Assembly: GCA_965217585.1 (NCBI GenBank)
Contig: OZ244561.1
Coordinates: 2,336,001-2,400,000, forward strand
Direction of reading: 5' to 3'
DNA: 64,000 bases
Origin: Candidatus Latescibacterota bacterium
Lineage (GTDB): Bacteria > Latescibacterota > UBA2968 > UBA8231
Positions 40,433 to 48,766 of the stretch are shown here, one piece after another. A program made the position numbers and the translations under genes. The stretch's first letter is position 1; every line of letters begins with the position of its first letter. Below the pieces are notes generated by a model. It ran no database searches and was not told where the DNA came from. It saw only the letters and a list, made by a program, of their open reading frames with translations.

Positions 40433-41028
40433 TGATGTTCCTCCGGGTTATGGATAGCCTGCCAAGCCTGTGAGAGCTGGCGGCGGCCGTGGTGCAGACG
40501 CGACTTTACGGTGCCTTCGGGAATGCCCAGTCGCTCGGCGGCGTCCCGCACCTCGACTTGGGCGTCGTAGATCAGACGGAAAACCTCGCGCTTGTCCTCG
40601 GACAACTCTTGTACCTGTCGCCGCAGCCAGCGCTGCTGGTCAGCCCACTCCACTTGGGCGTCGGGGCGCTCAGACGCGGCCTCAATCATCCATTCGGGCA
40701 CTTGCTGCGTTTCCTGCTCCACGGTTTCAGACAGCATTTCCAGCCGCTGCTCCCGCCGCCGCCGCACAGTGCGCAGGTGCGTCAGGGAAAGATGAGTAGC
40801 AATGCGGAACAGCCAAGCAGCCACAGACCCTCGACCACTCCATTGGCCAGCCCGGTTCCACACCCGCAAGAAAACCTCTTGTACTACATCGTTAGCACTC
40901 GCATCGTCGCGGACGATGCAGCGCACGTGATGGTGGATCTGCTCCCGATAGCGCTCAAAGAACTGCTGGAACGCGCATGCGTCGCGTTCTTTTATTTGCG
41001 CTATAAGTTGTGGATCCGGTATCTGCAT
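40429..41028 (-). CDS. ECF sigma-70 factor
   Basis: Region 2 DVVQEVFLRVW..WLFRIA; region 4 AERLGIPEGTVKSRLHHGR; ATGA overlap with downstream gene. Confidence 0.93.
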   Translation of the reverse strand: MQIPDPQLIAQIKERDACAFQQFFERYREQIHHHVRCIVRDDASANDVVQEVFLRVWNRAGQWSGRGSVAAWLFRIATHLSLTHLRTVRRRREQRLEMLSETVEQETQQVPEWMIEAASERPDAQVEWADQQRWLRRQVQELSEDKREVFRLIYDAQVEVRDAAERLGIPEGTVKSRLHHGRRQLSQAWQAIHNPEEHQ

Positions 41029-41046
41029 CGAGGCCTCTGCAGATAA

Positions 41047-41073
41047 AGACGCCGCCCGGAAAGTACAGGTTCA
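41047..41073 (-). promoter_or_regulatory. ECF-type promoter TGAACC-N16-CGTCT upstream of the sigma gene
   Basis: Minus strand reads TGAACC tgtactttccgggcgg CGTCT, ending 18 nt before the ATG; fits the AAC/CGT ECF pattern. Confidence 0.6.
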
Positions 41074-41329
41074 AGGGCGAAGGTGAAAAAGCCCGGAAAT
41101 CTCATTGAAGGCTGGCTTCCTCCTTGAGTTGACCCACTAGTCGAGCATGGTATTTTACAGCAGTCCTGAATGACTTGAACGATTCGATAGGCGGATCGTC
41201 TTGTGAATATTATTCTGCGTCTGTCTGCGTCCATCTGCGGATCATCTTGTGAATGGTTTTGCTATACCACCCACCGCCTGAAGACCAGCTTCAACCCTTA
41301 CAGGCGCTCTTGCGCCAGATCGAGACCCC

Positions 41330-42286
41330 ATGAGCCTAACGCCAGCCCAACTCGACCAATTCCACCGCGACGGCTATATCATCGTTCCCGACCTATTCAC
41401 GGCTGACGAGATGGACGCTGCCCGAGCGGCGATGGAACAGACTTTCTACGGCCAATCCTTCCAGCAATGGCTGGCCGATTGCGACCGCGGTGAAGCGGCC
41501 GGGGTCTCGGACGGCTTCACCACTACGCACGACCACTCCGAGGGACGCTCGCAATTTCCCGTGGGCGCACCGGCCTTGGATCGGCTGATAGAAAACGAGA
41601 CGTATCTCGACATTTTTGAGCAATGCCTAGGCGCAAAAGCCAGCTACTGCAACGCCCACCTTTTTATGCGCTCGGGGCCTACTGACAAGCGCCATCCCGA
41701 CAATCCCTGGGAGGGGTACCACATTGACCACTACACCAATTGCCTGCTGCCGCCCCACGACCAGACAGGCCGTTTTGACTACGTCAATTCGGGGGTGTAT
41801 CTGCACGATGTCGAAGACGACGGTGCCCCCATGCTGCTCATCCCCGGCTCGCACAAAGTAGCTGGCCCCGCTTTTGTGCGGGCACTTGCCCAAGGCAACG
41901 CCGCAGGTGGGTCCTTCAAAGACCTTCGCCAAGCCACCGAACTGGCTGCCCCGGTTCCCGCCACTGGCCGACGGGGGACGGCTGCGTTCTACTCGTCGTA
42001 CCTAGTCCACGCAGCGCAACCCTTTGCCAATAAGCGCACGCAGCGCGCCTTTTGGACCTTGTCCATGTGCCGCTGCGACAACGATCGCTGGACCCGATTC
42101 GCCAATCCCTTCATCTACGGCGAACGCGAGCACATGCTGCCCTTTTTCACGGCCACCACGCCCCGAGTGCGCGGCCTGTTCGGCTGGCCCGAACCCGGAC
42201 ACCCGTACTTCACCAGCCAAACCTTGGACCTCTTGGAACATACCCTACCCGGTATTGATACAGGCCCCTATCGCGATGACAGTTGA
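41330..42286 (+). CDS. PhyH family Fe/2OG dioxygenase
   Basis: LTPAQLDQFHRDGY, YHIDH, IPGSH, YLVHAA. Confidence 0.85.
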   Translation: MSLTPAQLDQFHRDGYIIVPDLFTADEMDAARAAMEQTFYGQSFQQWLADCDRGEAAGVSDGFTTTHDHSEGRSQFPVGAPALDRLIENETYLDIFEQCLGAKASYCNAHLFMRSGPTDKRHPDNPWEGYHIDHYTNCLLPPHDQTGRFDYVNSGVYLHDVEDDGAPMLLIPGSHKVAGPAFVRALAQGNAAGGSFKDLRQATELAAPVPATGRRGTAAFYSSYLVHAAQPFANKRTQRAFWTLSMCRCDNDRWTRFANPFIYGEREHMLPFFTATTPRVRGLFGWPEPGHPYFTSQTLDLLEHTLPGIDTGPYRDDS

Positions 42287-42325
42287 AAGACAGCCAACTA
42301 TGAATCGAGAGGTGGTTTCTCATCT

Positions 42326-43237
42326 ATGACTCCGACAATCACCCTGCGACAAAAAGTAATAGAAGGGGCCCAAAAAGGGCCCAACCTGCTGCTCCTAGGC
42401 GGCGTCCACGGCGACGAATTCGAGTCTATGGCAGCCATCCGCCGCCTGCTGGACCACCTCGACCCAGCGGCCTTGCGGGGCCGCCTCACCGCTATCCCCG
42501 TAGTCAACGAGGCCGCCTATTGGCGCGGCCAGCGCACAGCCGAGGACGAGCTGGACTTGGCCCGCACCTGCCCAGGCCGGCCCGACGGCTCGATCACCGA
42601 GCGCACGGCCCACGCCGTCAGCCAGGAAATCCGCCGGGCCGACTATCTCATCGACCTGCATAGCGGCGGGCTAGTCATGGAATTCTACCCTACCGTGGGG
42701 TACTCCCTGCATCCCGATAAAGCCGTCCTCGACGTGCAACGGCGCATGGCCCGGGCTTTGAATATGCCCATCATCTGGGGCACCTCGGCCCGGCTCGACG
42801 GACGCACGCTCTCGGTGGCCCGCGACGCCAACGTGCCGGCCATCTACGCCGAGTGGATGGGGAGTGGTACGTGCGATCCCCGGGGCGCGGATGCTTATTT
42901 CGAGGGCTGCCTGAACGTCTTGGCCGAACTGGATATGATCGACCGCATCCTGCCGCCCCTGCACACCGAGTACACCGTGGAGGACGACCGCGACAACGCA
43001 GGTCACATACAGATCAATTACCCGGCGCCTTTTGCCGGTTATTTCGAGCCCCAGGTAACATTGAAGGCACCCGTGCAACCGGGCGATGTGATCGGCACGG
43101 TGGTCGATCATCTGGGGCAGCGGCGCGAGGAAGTGGTATCGACCCAAGCGGGCTTGATCCTGTGTCTGCGGGTCTTCAATCGCGTCCACCAGGGCGACAG
43201 TTTGGCCGCGGTTTTGGAACTCGACCCTTCCCAATGA
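42326..43237 (+). CDS. Succinylglutamate desuccinylase/aspartoacylase (M14) family hydrolase
   Basis: GGVHGDE, DLARTCPG, IDLHSGG. Confidence 0.88.
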   Translation: MTPTITLRQKVIEGAQKGPNLLLLGGVHGDEFESMAAIRRLLDHLDPAALRGRLTAIPVVNEAAYWRGQRTAEDELDLARTCPGRPDGSITERTAHAVSQEIRRADYLIDLHSGGLVMEFYPTVGYSLHPDKAVLDVQRRMARALNMPIIWGTSARLDGRTLSVARDANVPAIYAEWMGSGTCDPRGADAYFEGCLNVLAELDMIDRILPPLHTEYTVEDDRDNAGHIQINYPAPFAGYFEPQVTLKAPVQPGDVIGTVVDHLGQRREEVVSTQAGLILCLRVFNRVHQGDSLAAVLELDPSQ

Positions 43238-44568
43238 TCAACTTTTCCGCGCCGCTGGACTCGCGCCGTTTCCAGTCCGCGCTCCTGCTTCTTTTAGGCC
43301 CCCTGTTCATCGGGGTCTCCTTTGTCCTTATGCTGCGACGGGTGGAACCTGTGACCACCTTGTTTTATCTGTGCGCTTGGTACGGTACCATTTGGACCCT
43401 GGACCGACTCATCCACTGGCGGGAAGGGCGCCCGCTCATCGCCCGCTGCGGTCCGGCTTTTTTGCTGATCCTTTTTTGGTCCGCAGTGGTGTGGTACGCC
43501 TTTGAGTTGATCAATTTCCGTCTGCAAAACTGGTATTATATCTTCGTCCTCGACCGCCCTGTTTTGCAGACGCTGAACGCCTTCTTCTCCTTTGCCACTG
43601 TTTTCCCCGGCCTGCTGTGGTTGGAATACTACTTGGGTCTGCACGGCGTGGCTGCCGGTTGGCAAGGTCGCCGTTGGTCGCTGACTCCCCGTCGCCTAAC
43701 CTTCCTGCAAATAGCCGGCCTGATCGGGCTAGCGCTGGTCCTTTTGTGGCCGCGCTACTTCTTCCCGCTCACTTGGCTCGCCTTTATCCTGCTCTTGGCT
43801 CCCGTCGAATATCGCCGCCTGCCCGACAGCTTGCTGCATCAATTGGCACGCGGCGACTACGCCCCATTGACCCGCCAGTTGCTGGCTGGATTCATCGCCG
43901 GTGGTCTGTGGGAGTTCTTCAACTACTGGGCCCAAGTCAAGTGGATCTACACAGTGCCTTTCTTTGCAGAATTGAAACTCTTTGAAATGCCGCTGGCCGG
44001 CTTTTTGGGCTTTCCTCCCTTTGCCGTGGAATGCGCTCTAGTCTATCGCCTGTTGGTCTGGTACAGGTTGGCACCTCCATTGGGAGCGCATCGGGACCAG
44101 CGGTCGGGACCGATCAAGGTCTGGAGTGCGCTCGTCGTCCTTTTGGCCGCGGCTTTCGCCCTGACGGTCAACCACTACATACACTTGAATATCGGCTCGG
44201 TGAAGCCGCGCTTGGCCAAAGTGGACAGTCTGGATCCGGCCGCCCGCACTTTTTTGCAGGACAAAGGCATCGTCTATCTGACCGATTTGGAAGCTGGAGG
44301 ATCGGCGGAAATTTGGCGGCAAATGGAAGGAGAATTGGGCCGCGAACGCACCCAATCTACCCGCAGCCGCATCGAACTATACCTGCACCAAGGCATTGGG
44401 GTAGCATACGGCAATCTGCTAGTCAAAGCCGGGATCCGTTCACTGGCGGATTTGGCTACCTCATCTGCCGAGCAAGTAGAGGAGCGGATAAACGCGCTTT
44501 CCGGGAATGTCCGACGGCCCACCCCAGCGCAAATTCGCCTGTGGATCCGGCGGGTTCCAAGCCCTTGA
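43234..44568 (+). CDS. Multi-pass membrane protein with C-terminal DUF4332-like HhH region
   Basis: Many TM helices, WEFFNYWA..KWIY..LFEMPLAGFLGFPPF; C-terminal GIG..YGNLLVKAGIRSLADLA; ATGA overlap. Confidence 0.65.
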   Translation: MINFSAPLDSRRFQSALLLLLGPLFIGVSFVLMLRRVEPVTTLFYLCAWYGTIWTLDRLIHWREGRPLIARCGPAFLLILFWSAVVWYAFELINFRLQNWYYIFVLDRPVLQTLNAFFSFATVFPGLLWLEYYLGLHGVAAGWQGRRWSLTPRRLTFLQIAGLIGLALVLLWPRYFFPLTWLAFILLLAPVEYRRLPDSLLHQLARGDYAPLTRQLLAGFIAGGLWEFFNYWAQVKWIYTVPFFAELKLFEMPLAGFLGFPPFAVECALVYRLLVWYRLAPPLGAHRDQRSGPIKVWSALVVLLAAAFALTVNHYIHLNIGSVKPRLAKVDSLDPAARTFLQDKGIVYLTDLEAGGSAEIWRQMEGELGRERTQSTRSRIELYLHQGIGVAYGNLLVKAGIRSLADLATSSAEQVEERINALSGNVRRPTPAQIRLWIRRVPSP

Positions 44569-44722
44569 CTACCCAAACCGGGCGATCCGGCCGGAGGGGA
44601 AATCGCCATTGCACGTCGGTCGGATCGGTCAGATATTGATTCGCTCATTTGCCGTGATCGTACTCAATCAGCCCCCGCGATGGACGGGGCGCACCGCATT
44701 GGAGGAAACAAGGGAGTAACAA

Positions 44723-45652
44723 ATGTTTCGCGAAGCAATCGGTTTATTCGTCCCTGAACCAAAGGCCAAACTCTACATCCCCAAGAACAGTGGTCTGCAT
44801 GAATATGTGAACAATCTGCTGAGTGAAATTGGCGTTAGAGACGGAGGTGAGTTCACGCGGACTGACGAGAGTGTGGGAACCCTCGAAATAATTTCGGCGC
44901 GCGGTGAGGATGTGCCCCAACGGGTTGACGATTGCCTCCTACGTGGAGAAGTCGCGTATGGCCTCACTGGAGACGATCTATTCGACGAGTATATGCTGGG
45001 GGCTGGAGACTCTCCACTTGGGGTCCTCAATACCTACGATTGGTTCGATCCAAGTGCTCAATTCTATCGGCCTGCCCTTTGTCTGTTGAATTGCGCAGGG
45101 CGGATTCCAGATTCGTCCGCGATGGTTTCCATTGCCGTGAACAAGAAATATGAACTATCCTCTCGCCAGTATCTGTCGCAGCGCTTCCAATCCAGCAAAC
45201 TGCAGATCAGTATCGTTGCTTACGCTGGCGACACTGAAAACACCGTAGCAGAGGGTACTCACGACTGGTGTGTCGAGGTGGTGTATCGGGGGGAACGCTC
45301 GCCCGCAAGCGCGATGTCCAAGACTGGCCTCAAGGTCGCCGAGGTCGTCCGCTTCAGCGACATCTCATTGATCGGACGGGAAATCGTCAATCCCTGGGCA
45401 GAGGAGTACCGGAGAATATCCGCGGTCGCGCAAAAGCCCACAGGCTCCAGTACGTCAAAGCTCCTTGCAGACAGCAATGAGATTTGCAAGAAAGTCGGTG
45501 AGGAATCGGCTGAGTTTGTGAGAGCTTTTACACAGGAAACGGGGATTCCAGAAGAATTTAACGGCGTCGTGTATGCGTTGATGGTCGCAGCCGCAAAACT
45601 GCAAGTTCCCTGGCAGGAAATCGAGGCGGATCTGAAATCTAGGTGGTCGTGA
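44723..45652 (+). CDS. Divergent ATP phosphoribosyltransferase (HisG-like) fused to phosphoribosyl-ATP pyrophosphatase (HisE-like)
   Basis: HisG-like IPK.SGL, RGEDVP, GLTGDDLFDE, GDTE..AEG..D..VEVV..G; HisE-like GSSTSKLL..ICKKVGEESAE. Confidence 0.72.
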   Translation: MFREAIGLFVPEPKAKLYIPKNSGLHEYVNNLLSEIGVRDGGEFTRTDESVGTLEIISARGEDVPQRVDDCLLRGEVAYGLTGDDLFDEYMLGAGDSPLGVLNTYDWFDPSAQFYRPALCLLNCAGRIPDSSAMVSIAVNKKYELSSRQYLSQRFQSSKLQISIVAYAGDTENTVAEGTHDWCVEVVYRGERSPASAMSKTGLKVAEVVRFSDISLIGREIVNPWAEEYRRISAVAQKPTGSSTSKLLADSNEICKKVGEESAEFVRAFTQETGIPEEFNGVVYALMVAAAKLQVPWQEIEADLKSRWS

Positions 45653-45728
45653 TCTACCGATGCGCCAGCACCGCAGCTAACAACAGATGGCCTGTGCGCT
45701 CCTTTTTGGCAATTTGAAAACGTTGGAG
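45639..45728 (+). repeat. Direct repeat of about 90 bp, copy 1, containing a 54-bp attC-like element
   Basis: AGCTAAC(45675)..ATGGCC..GGCAAT..GAAAACGTTGGAG(45728); matches the copy at 46400-46493. Confidence 0.6.
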
Positions 45729-45847
45729 GAGATTGACCTGCGTCACCAGCAGTATTACTGTACAAATATCATCTACCATCACGGTCTGCGTCGTCCCGCC
45801 GGATACGGGCTGACGCAGACGCAACCCACGGCGAAAGGAAGTTTCTG

Positions 45848-46339
45848 ATGGCCATTATCAATGAACTCCTCGAGAACAACGCCCGCTATGCCGAGAACTT
45901 CGACAAGGGCGACCTTCCCCTGCCTCCAGGACTGCACCTCGCGGTGGTGGCCTGCATGGACGCGCGCCTCGACACGCACAGCCTGCTAGGGCTCGCAGAA
46001 GGGGACGCGCACGTGATTCGGAACGCGGGCGGCGTGATAACCGACGACGCGATTCGTTCGCTGACTATCTCGCAGCGGCTACTGGGCACGACTTCGATCA
46101 TGCTCATCCACCACACGGACTGCGGCATGCTGACGTTCCGCGACGACGAGGTGAAGGACGCGATCGTGGCGGATACCGGCATCCGCCCGGCCTTCGCCCT
46201 AGAGGCATTCGGCGATCTCGCGGCGGACGTAAGGCAGTCGATAGCCCGCATTCAGTCTAGCCCGTTCATCCCGCACAAGGACGACGTGCGGGGGTTCGTC
46301 TATGACTGCGCCACCGGAAAGCTGAACGAGGTCACCTAA
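45848..46339 (+). CDS. Beta-class carbonic anhydrase
   Basis: CMDARL, IRNAGG, HHTDCG zinc motifs. Confidence 0.93.
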   Translation: MAIINELLENNARYAENFDKGDLPLPPGLHLAVVACMDARLDTHSLLGLAEGDAHVIRNAGGVITDDAIRSLTISQRLLGTTSIMLIHHTDCGMLTFRDDEVKDAIVADTGIRPAFALEAFGDLAADVRQSIARIQSSPFIPHKDDVRGFVYDCATGKLNEVT

Positions 46340-46345
46340 CCCCGA

Positions 46346-46383
46346 GCCGAGGCACCACAGCCGTGCAGCATTGGTGCCTCGGC
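46346..46383 (+). terminator. 12-bp stem hairpin after carbonic anhydrase
   Basis: gccgaggcacca...tggtgcctcggc perfect inverted repeat; no U-tract. Confidence 0.4.
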
Positions 46384-46399
46384 ACGCTTCGCGGCGACA

Positions 46400-46493
46400 C
46401 TAGGTAATCGTGATCTATCTATTGGTACGCCAGTGCCGCAATTAACAACGAATTGCCGCTGCGCTCCCCTTCAGCAACTTGAAAACGTTGGGC
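46400..46493 (+). repeat. Direct repeat of about 90 bp, copy 2, containing a 54-bp attC-like element
   Basis: AATTAAC(46440)..ATTGCC..AGCAAC..GAAAACGTTGGGC(46493); GTTGGGC fits GTTRRRY. Confidence 0.6.
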
Positions 46494-46547
46494 CGCCGTA
46501 AAGCCGCTGCTTCAGCTTCATTAGAAGACGCGAAATTTTGAGAGATC

Positions 46548-47093
46548 GTGCGACACTTGTTGCTGATTAGACATTGTCAGTCCTCAGGGCAAGACCCGGA
46601 TGCGGCGCTGACAGAGATTGGGCGGAAACAGGCGGAAGCACTCGCTAGGTTCTTGTCCGACTACCAGATCGACATGATCGTCTCCAGTTCCTACACGCGG
46701 GCACAGCAAAGCATTGAACCGTTCGCTGCTAACGTGGGATTACCTGTTCACTTGGATCACCGCCTAATCGAACGGACGCTTTCGGGGAGTCCGATTGACA
46801 ACTGGCGCGAGGTGGTCCGCGATTCATTTGGAGACTTGGAGTTGCGGCTACCGGGAGGCGAGTCGGCACGCGAAGTATTAGACCGCGGCTGGACCGCCAT
46901 AACCGAGCTAATCGACGGTGGTCACCAGTTCCCTATTGCGGTAACCCATGGCAACCTCTTGAGTCTGATCCTGAACTCACTGGACCCTACTTTCGGCTAC
47001 GCTGGATGGGAATCTCTATCGAATCCAGACGTATTCGCACTCAAATACGCCGACAATGGGCGATTGGTATTTGAGAGACTCTGGTCTGAGTAG
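46548..47093 (+). CDS. Histidine phosphatase (phosphoglycerate mutase-like) family protein
   Basis: LIRHCQS, SSSYTRAQQS, GGES, VTHG. Confidence 0.9.
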   Translation: MRHLLLIRHCQSSGQDPDAALTEIGRKQAEALARFLSDYQIDMIVSSSYTRAQQSIEPFAANVGLPVHLDHRLIERTLSGSPIDNWREVVRDSFGDLELRLPGGESAREVLDRGWTAITELIDGGHQFPIAVTHGNLLSLILNSLDPTFGYAGWESLSNPDVFALKYADNGRLVFERLWSE

Positions 47094-47158
47094 GCACCGC
47101 TGACAACGCAGTTCGAGTACAAATGATTTTTGAGGTTGAAATATGAGGAGTACGTAGA

Positions 47159-47605
47159 ATGATACGGGCCATCACGTCAGAGGACTTGAAAGGTTGCGCG
47201 CGTCTATTCGTGAAGGTTTTCTCCGAATGGCCGTACGAGGAATCGTGGAGTGTCACCCAAGCGCACCACTATCTCAGTCGATTCTGGAAGTTCGATCCCG
47301 CTCATTGCCTCCTCGTTCTCGAAAAAGATGACGTGATCGGAGCGATGTTCGGATACTGCTATCCCTGGCAAGACCGAATCAACTATTACATGCAGGAACT
47401 TTTTATCGAGCCTGATCAAAGGCGGTCAGGCCACGGACGAAGACTGGTGCGTCATCTACTCGACAAAATCGGGGAATCGAACGCATCCATGTCCCTAATT
47501 GCCAATGAGGCAACGCCGGCAGCCGCGTTTTACGAGGAACTTGGATTGCGGCAGCATAGATATTACAAGTTCTATTGTGGCACCGTGAAAACGGGCGTGG
47601 AATAG
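47159..47605 (+). CDS. GNAT family acetyltransferase
   Basis: ELFIEPDQRRSGHGRRL, AAAFYEELG. Confidence 0.9.
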   Translation: MIRAITSEDLKGCARLFVKVFSEWPYEESWSVTQAHHYLSRFWKFDPAHCLLVLEKDDVIGAMFGYCYPWQDRINYYMQELFIEPDQRRSGHGRRLVRHLLDKIGESNASMSLIANEATPAAAFYEELGLRQHRYYKFYCGTVKTGVE

Positions 47606-47686
47606 TCCACCGTATAACACAGCGGTTTTCGCTGCGGTAGAAAGGTGATTCAATGCCCACGTTCTCTCTCGAATCAATCGACGTTT

Positions 47687-48658
47687 TTAGGCGCAAACGG
47701 CCGCGGCGGCGCTCCAGCGGTTGAAGGGGGTGTGCGCCTCTTGCGCCAGCCGGTCGCGGGTGTCGCGCCAGAGCTTTTCCCACGCCGCTGGATCGCGCAG
47801 GACGCTTTCTGGGTTCGCTCTACTGCGGGCGACAAAGCCGGGGAAAATATCGCGACCGGTGGTTTGGCCAACGGGATTGTAGCGCAGGTCGAAGCTCCAG
47901 CGCACGTCGTCGCTGTGGTTGGACAGCGAGCCGTGGATGGTGTGGCGGGTGAGGAAGAGCACGTCGCCGGGCTGCATCGGCACCGGCATAGCCGATTCCA
48001 TATCCATAAATTGCTCGGGGATGCGCAGGCCGCTGGGATGGCCGGGGCAGTGGGTGTGCAGGCCCGAGCGATGGCTTTGGGGCATAATCTGCAGACAGCC
48101 GTTTTCGAGCGTCGCCTCATTGAGCGGAAACCACACCGTCAACACCTTGGACGCATCGGCTTCGGGCAGGACCACGCCGCTATCCTGGTGCCAGTTGGTG
48201 GCGCTGACCAGCGCTTGGCCGTTGTGGTCTTTGGGCACTAGGCGCTCGGGCGGCTTGAGGCGCACGTGCTGGACGGGGTTGGACCAGATCTCGGGGCCGA
48301 CGATCGACTCGGCCACGTCGAGCAGAGTGGGGTCGGTAATGCAGCGAAAGACGGCCGGTCCGGCCCAGAAGGGGGTATTCGCTTCAATGCCCGTCTGGGG
48401 CAAGGAGAAGTCGAAGTACTGGGCGTGGATCTGGCCGCTCTCGACGACGATTTGGGTCAGGCGCTTGCCAAAGGGCAGGTCGTCGTACGTGGATGCGATC
48501 TGGCCGACTTGGTAGAGCTCACGAGCTAGGTTGTCGAGGACGCCGTGGTATTCGTCGATAATGGGCTGGATGACCTTGTCCACGTCGAGCATCCCCCTCA
48601 CTAGTAGGTAGCCTTCTTCGTCAAAGTGTGTGAGTTGTTCGTCCGTCAAGCATGGCAT
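47687..48658 (-). CDS. PhyH family Fe/2OG dioxygenase
   Basis: NPVQHVRLK, WHQDS, ENGCL, HGSLSN..VRWSFDLRY; ATG after GGAGG. Confidence 0.9.
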   Translation of the reverse strand: MPCLTDEQLTHFDEEGYLLVRGMLDVDKVIQPIIDEYHGVLDNLARELYQVGQIASTYDDLPFGKRLTQIVVESGQIHAQYFDFSLPQTGIEANTPFWAGPAVFRCITDPTLLDVAESIVGPEIWSNPVQHVRLKPPERLVPKDHNGQALVSATNWHQDSGVVLPEADASKVLTVWFPLNEATLENGCLQIMPQSHRSGLHTHCPGHPSGLRIPEQFMDMESAMPVPMQPGDVLFLTRHTIHGSLSNHSDDVRWSFDLRYNPVGQTTGRDIFPGFVARSRANPESVLRDPAAWEKLWRDTRDRLAQEAHTPFNRWSAAAAVCA

Positions 48659-48766
48659 ATGCTTTCCTCCGTGGGTTGAAGAATCCAATCTGCGCTTGAA
48701 TATAGCGCGATATGGTCCGTTTGCGAATAGTTGAAAGGAGGAGCGGCGCTCAATTGTCGCGTCGCA

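Noticed and set aside
42853-43233. N-terminal extension of the 571-aa ORF; similar extensions at 24339, 25342, 34482, 52794 and 53579
   Set aside because: They overlap upstream genes or lack an RBS; downstream starts with an RBS or gene coupling fit better
44575-44635. Hairpin gatccggccg...cggtcggatc after the membrane protein gene
   Set aside because: Imperfect stem, no U-tract and no second copy seen; not enough to call a terminator or REP
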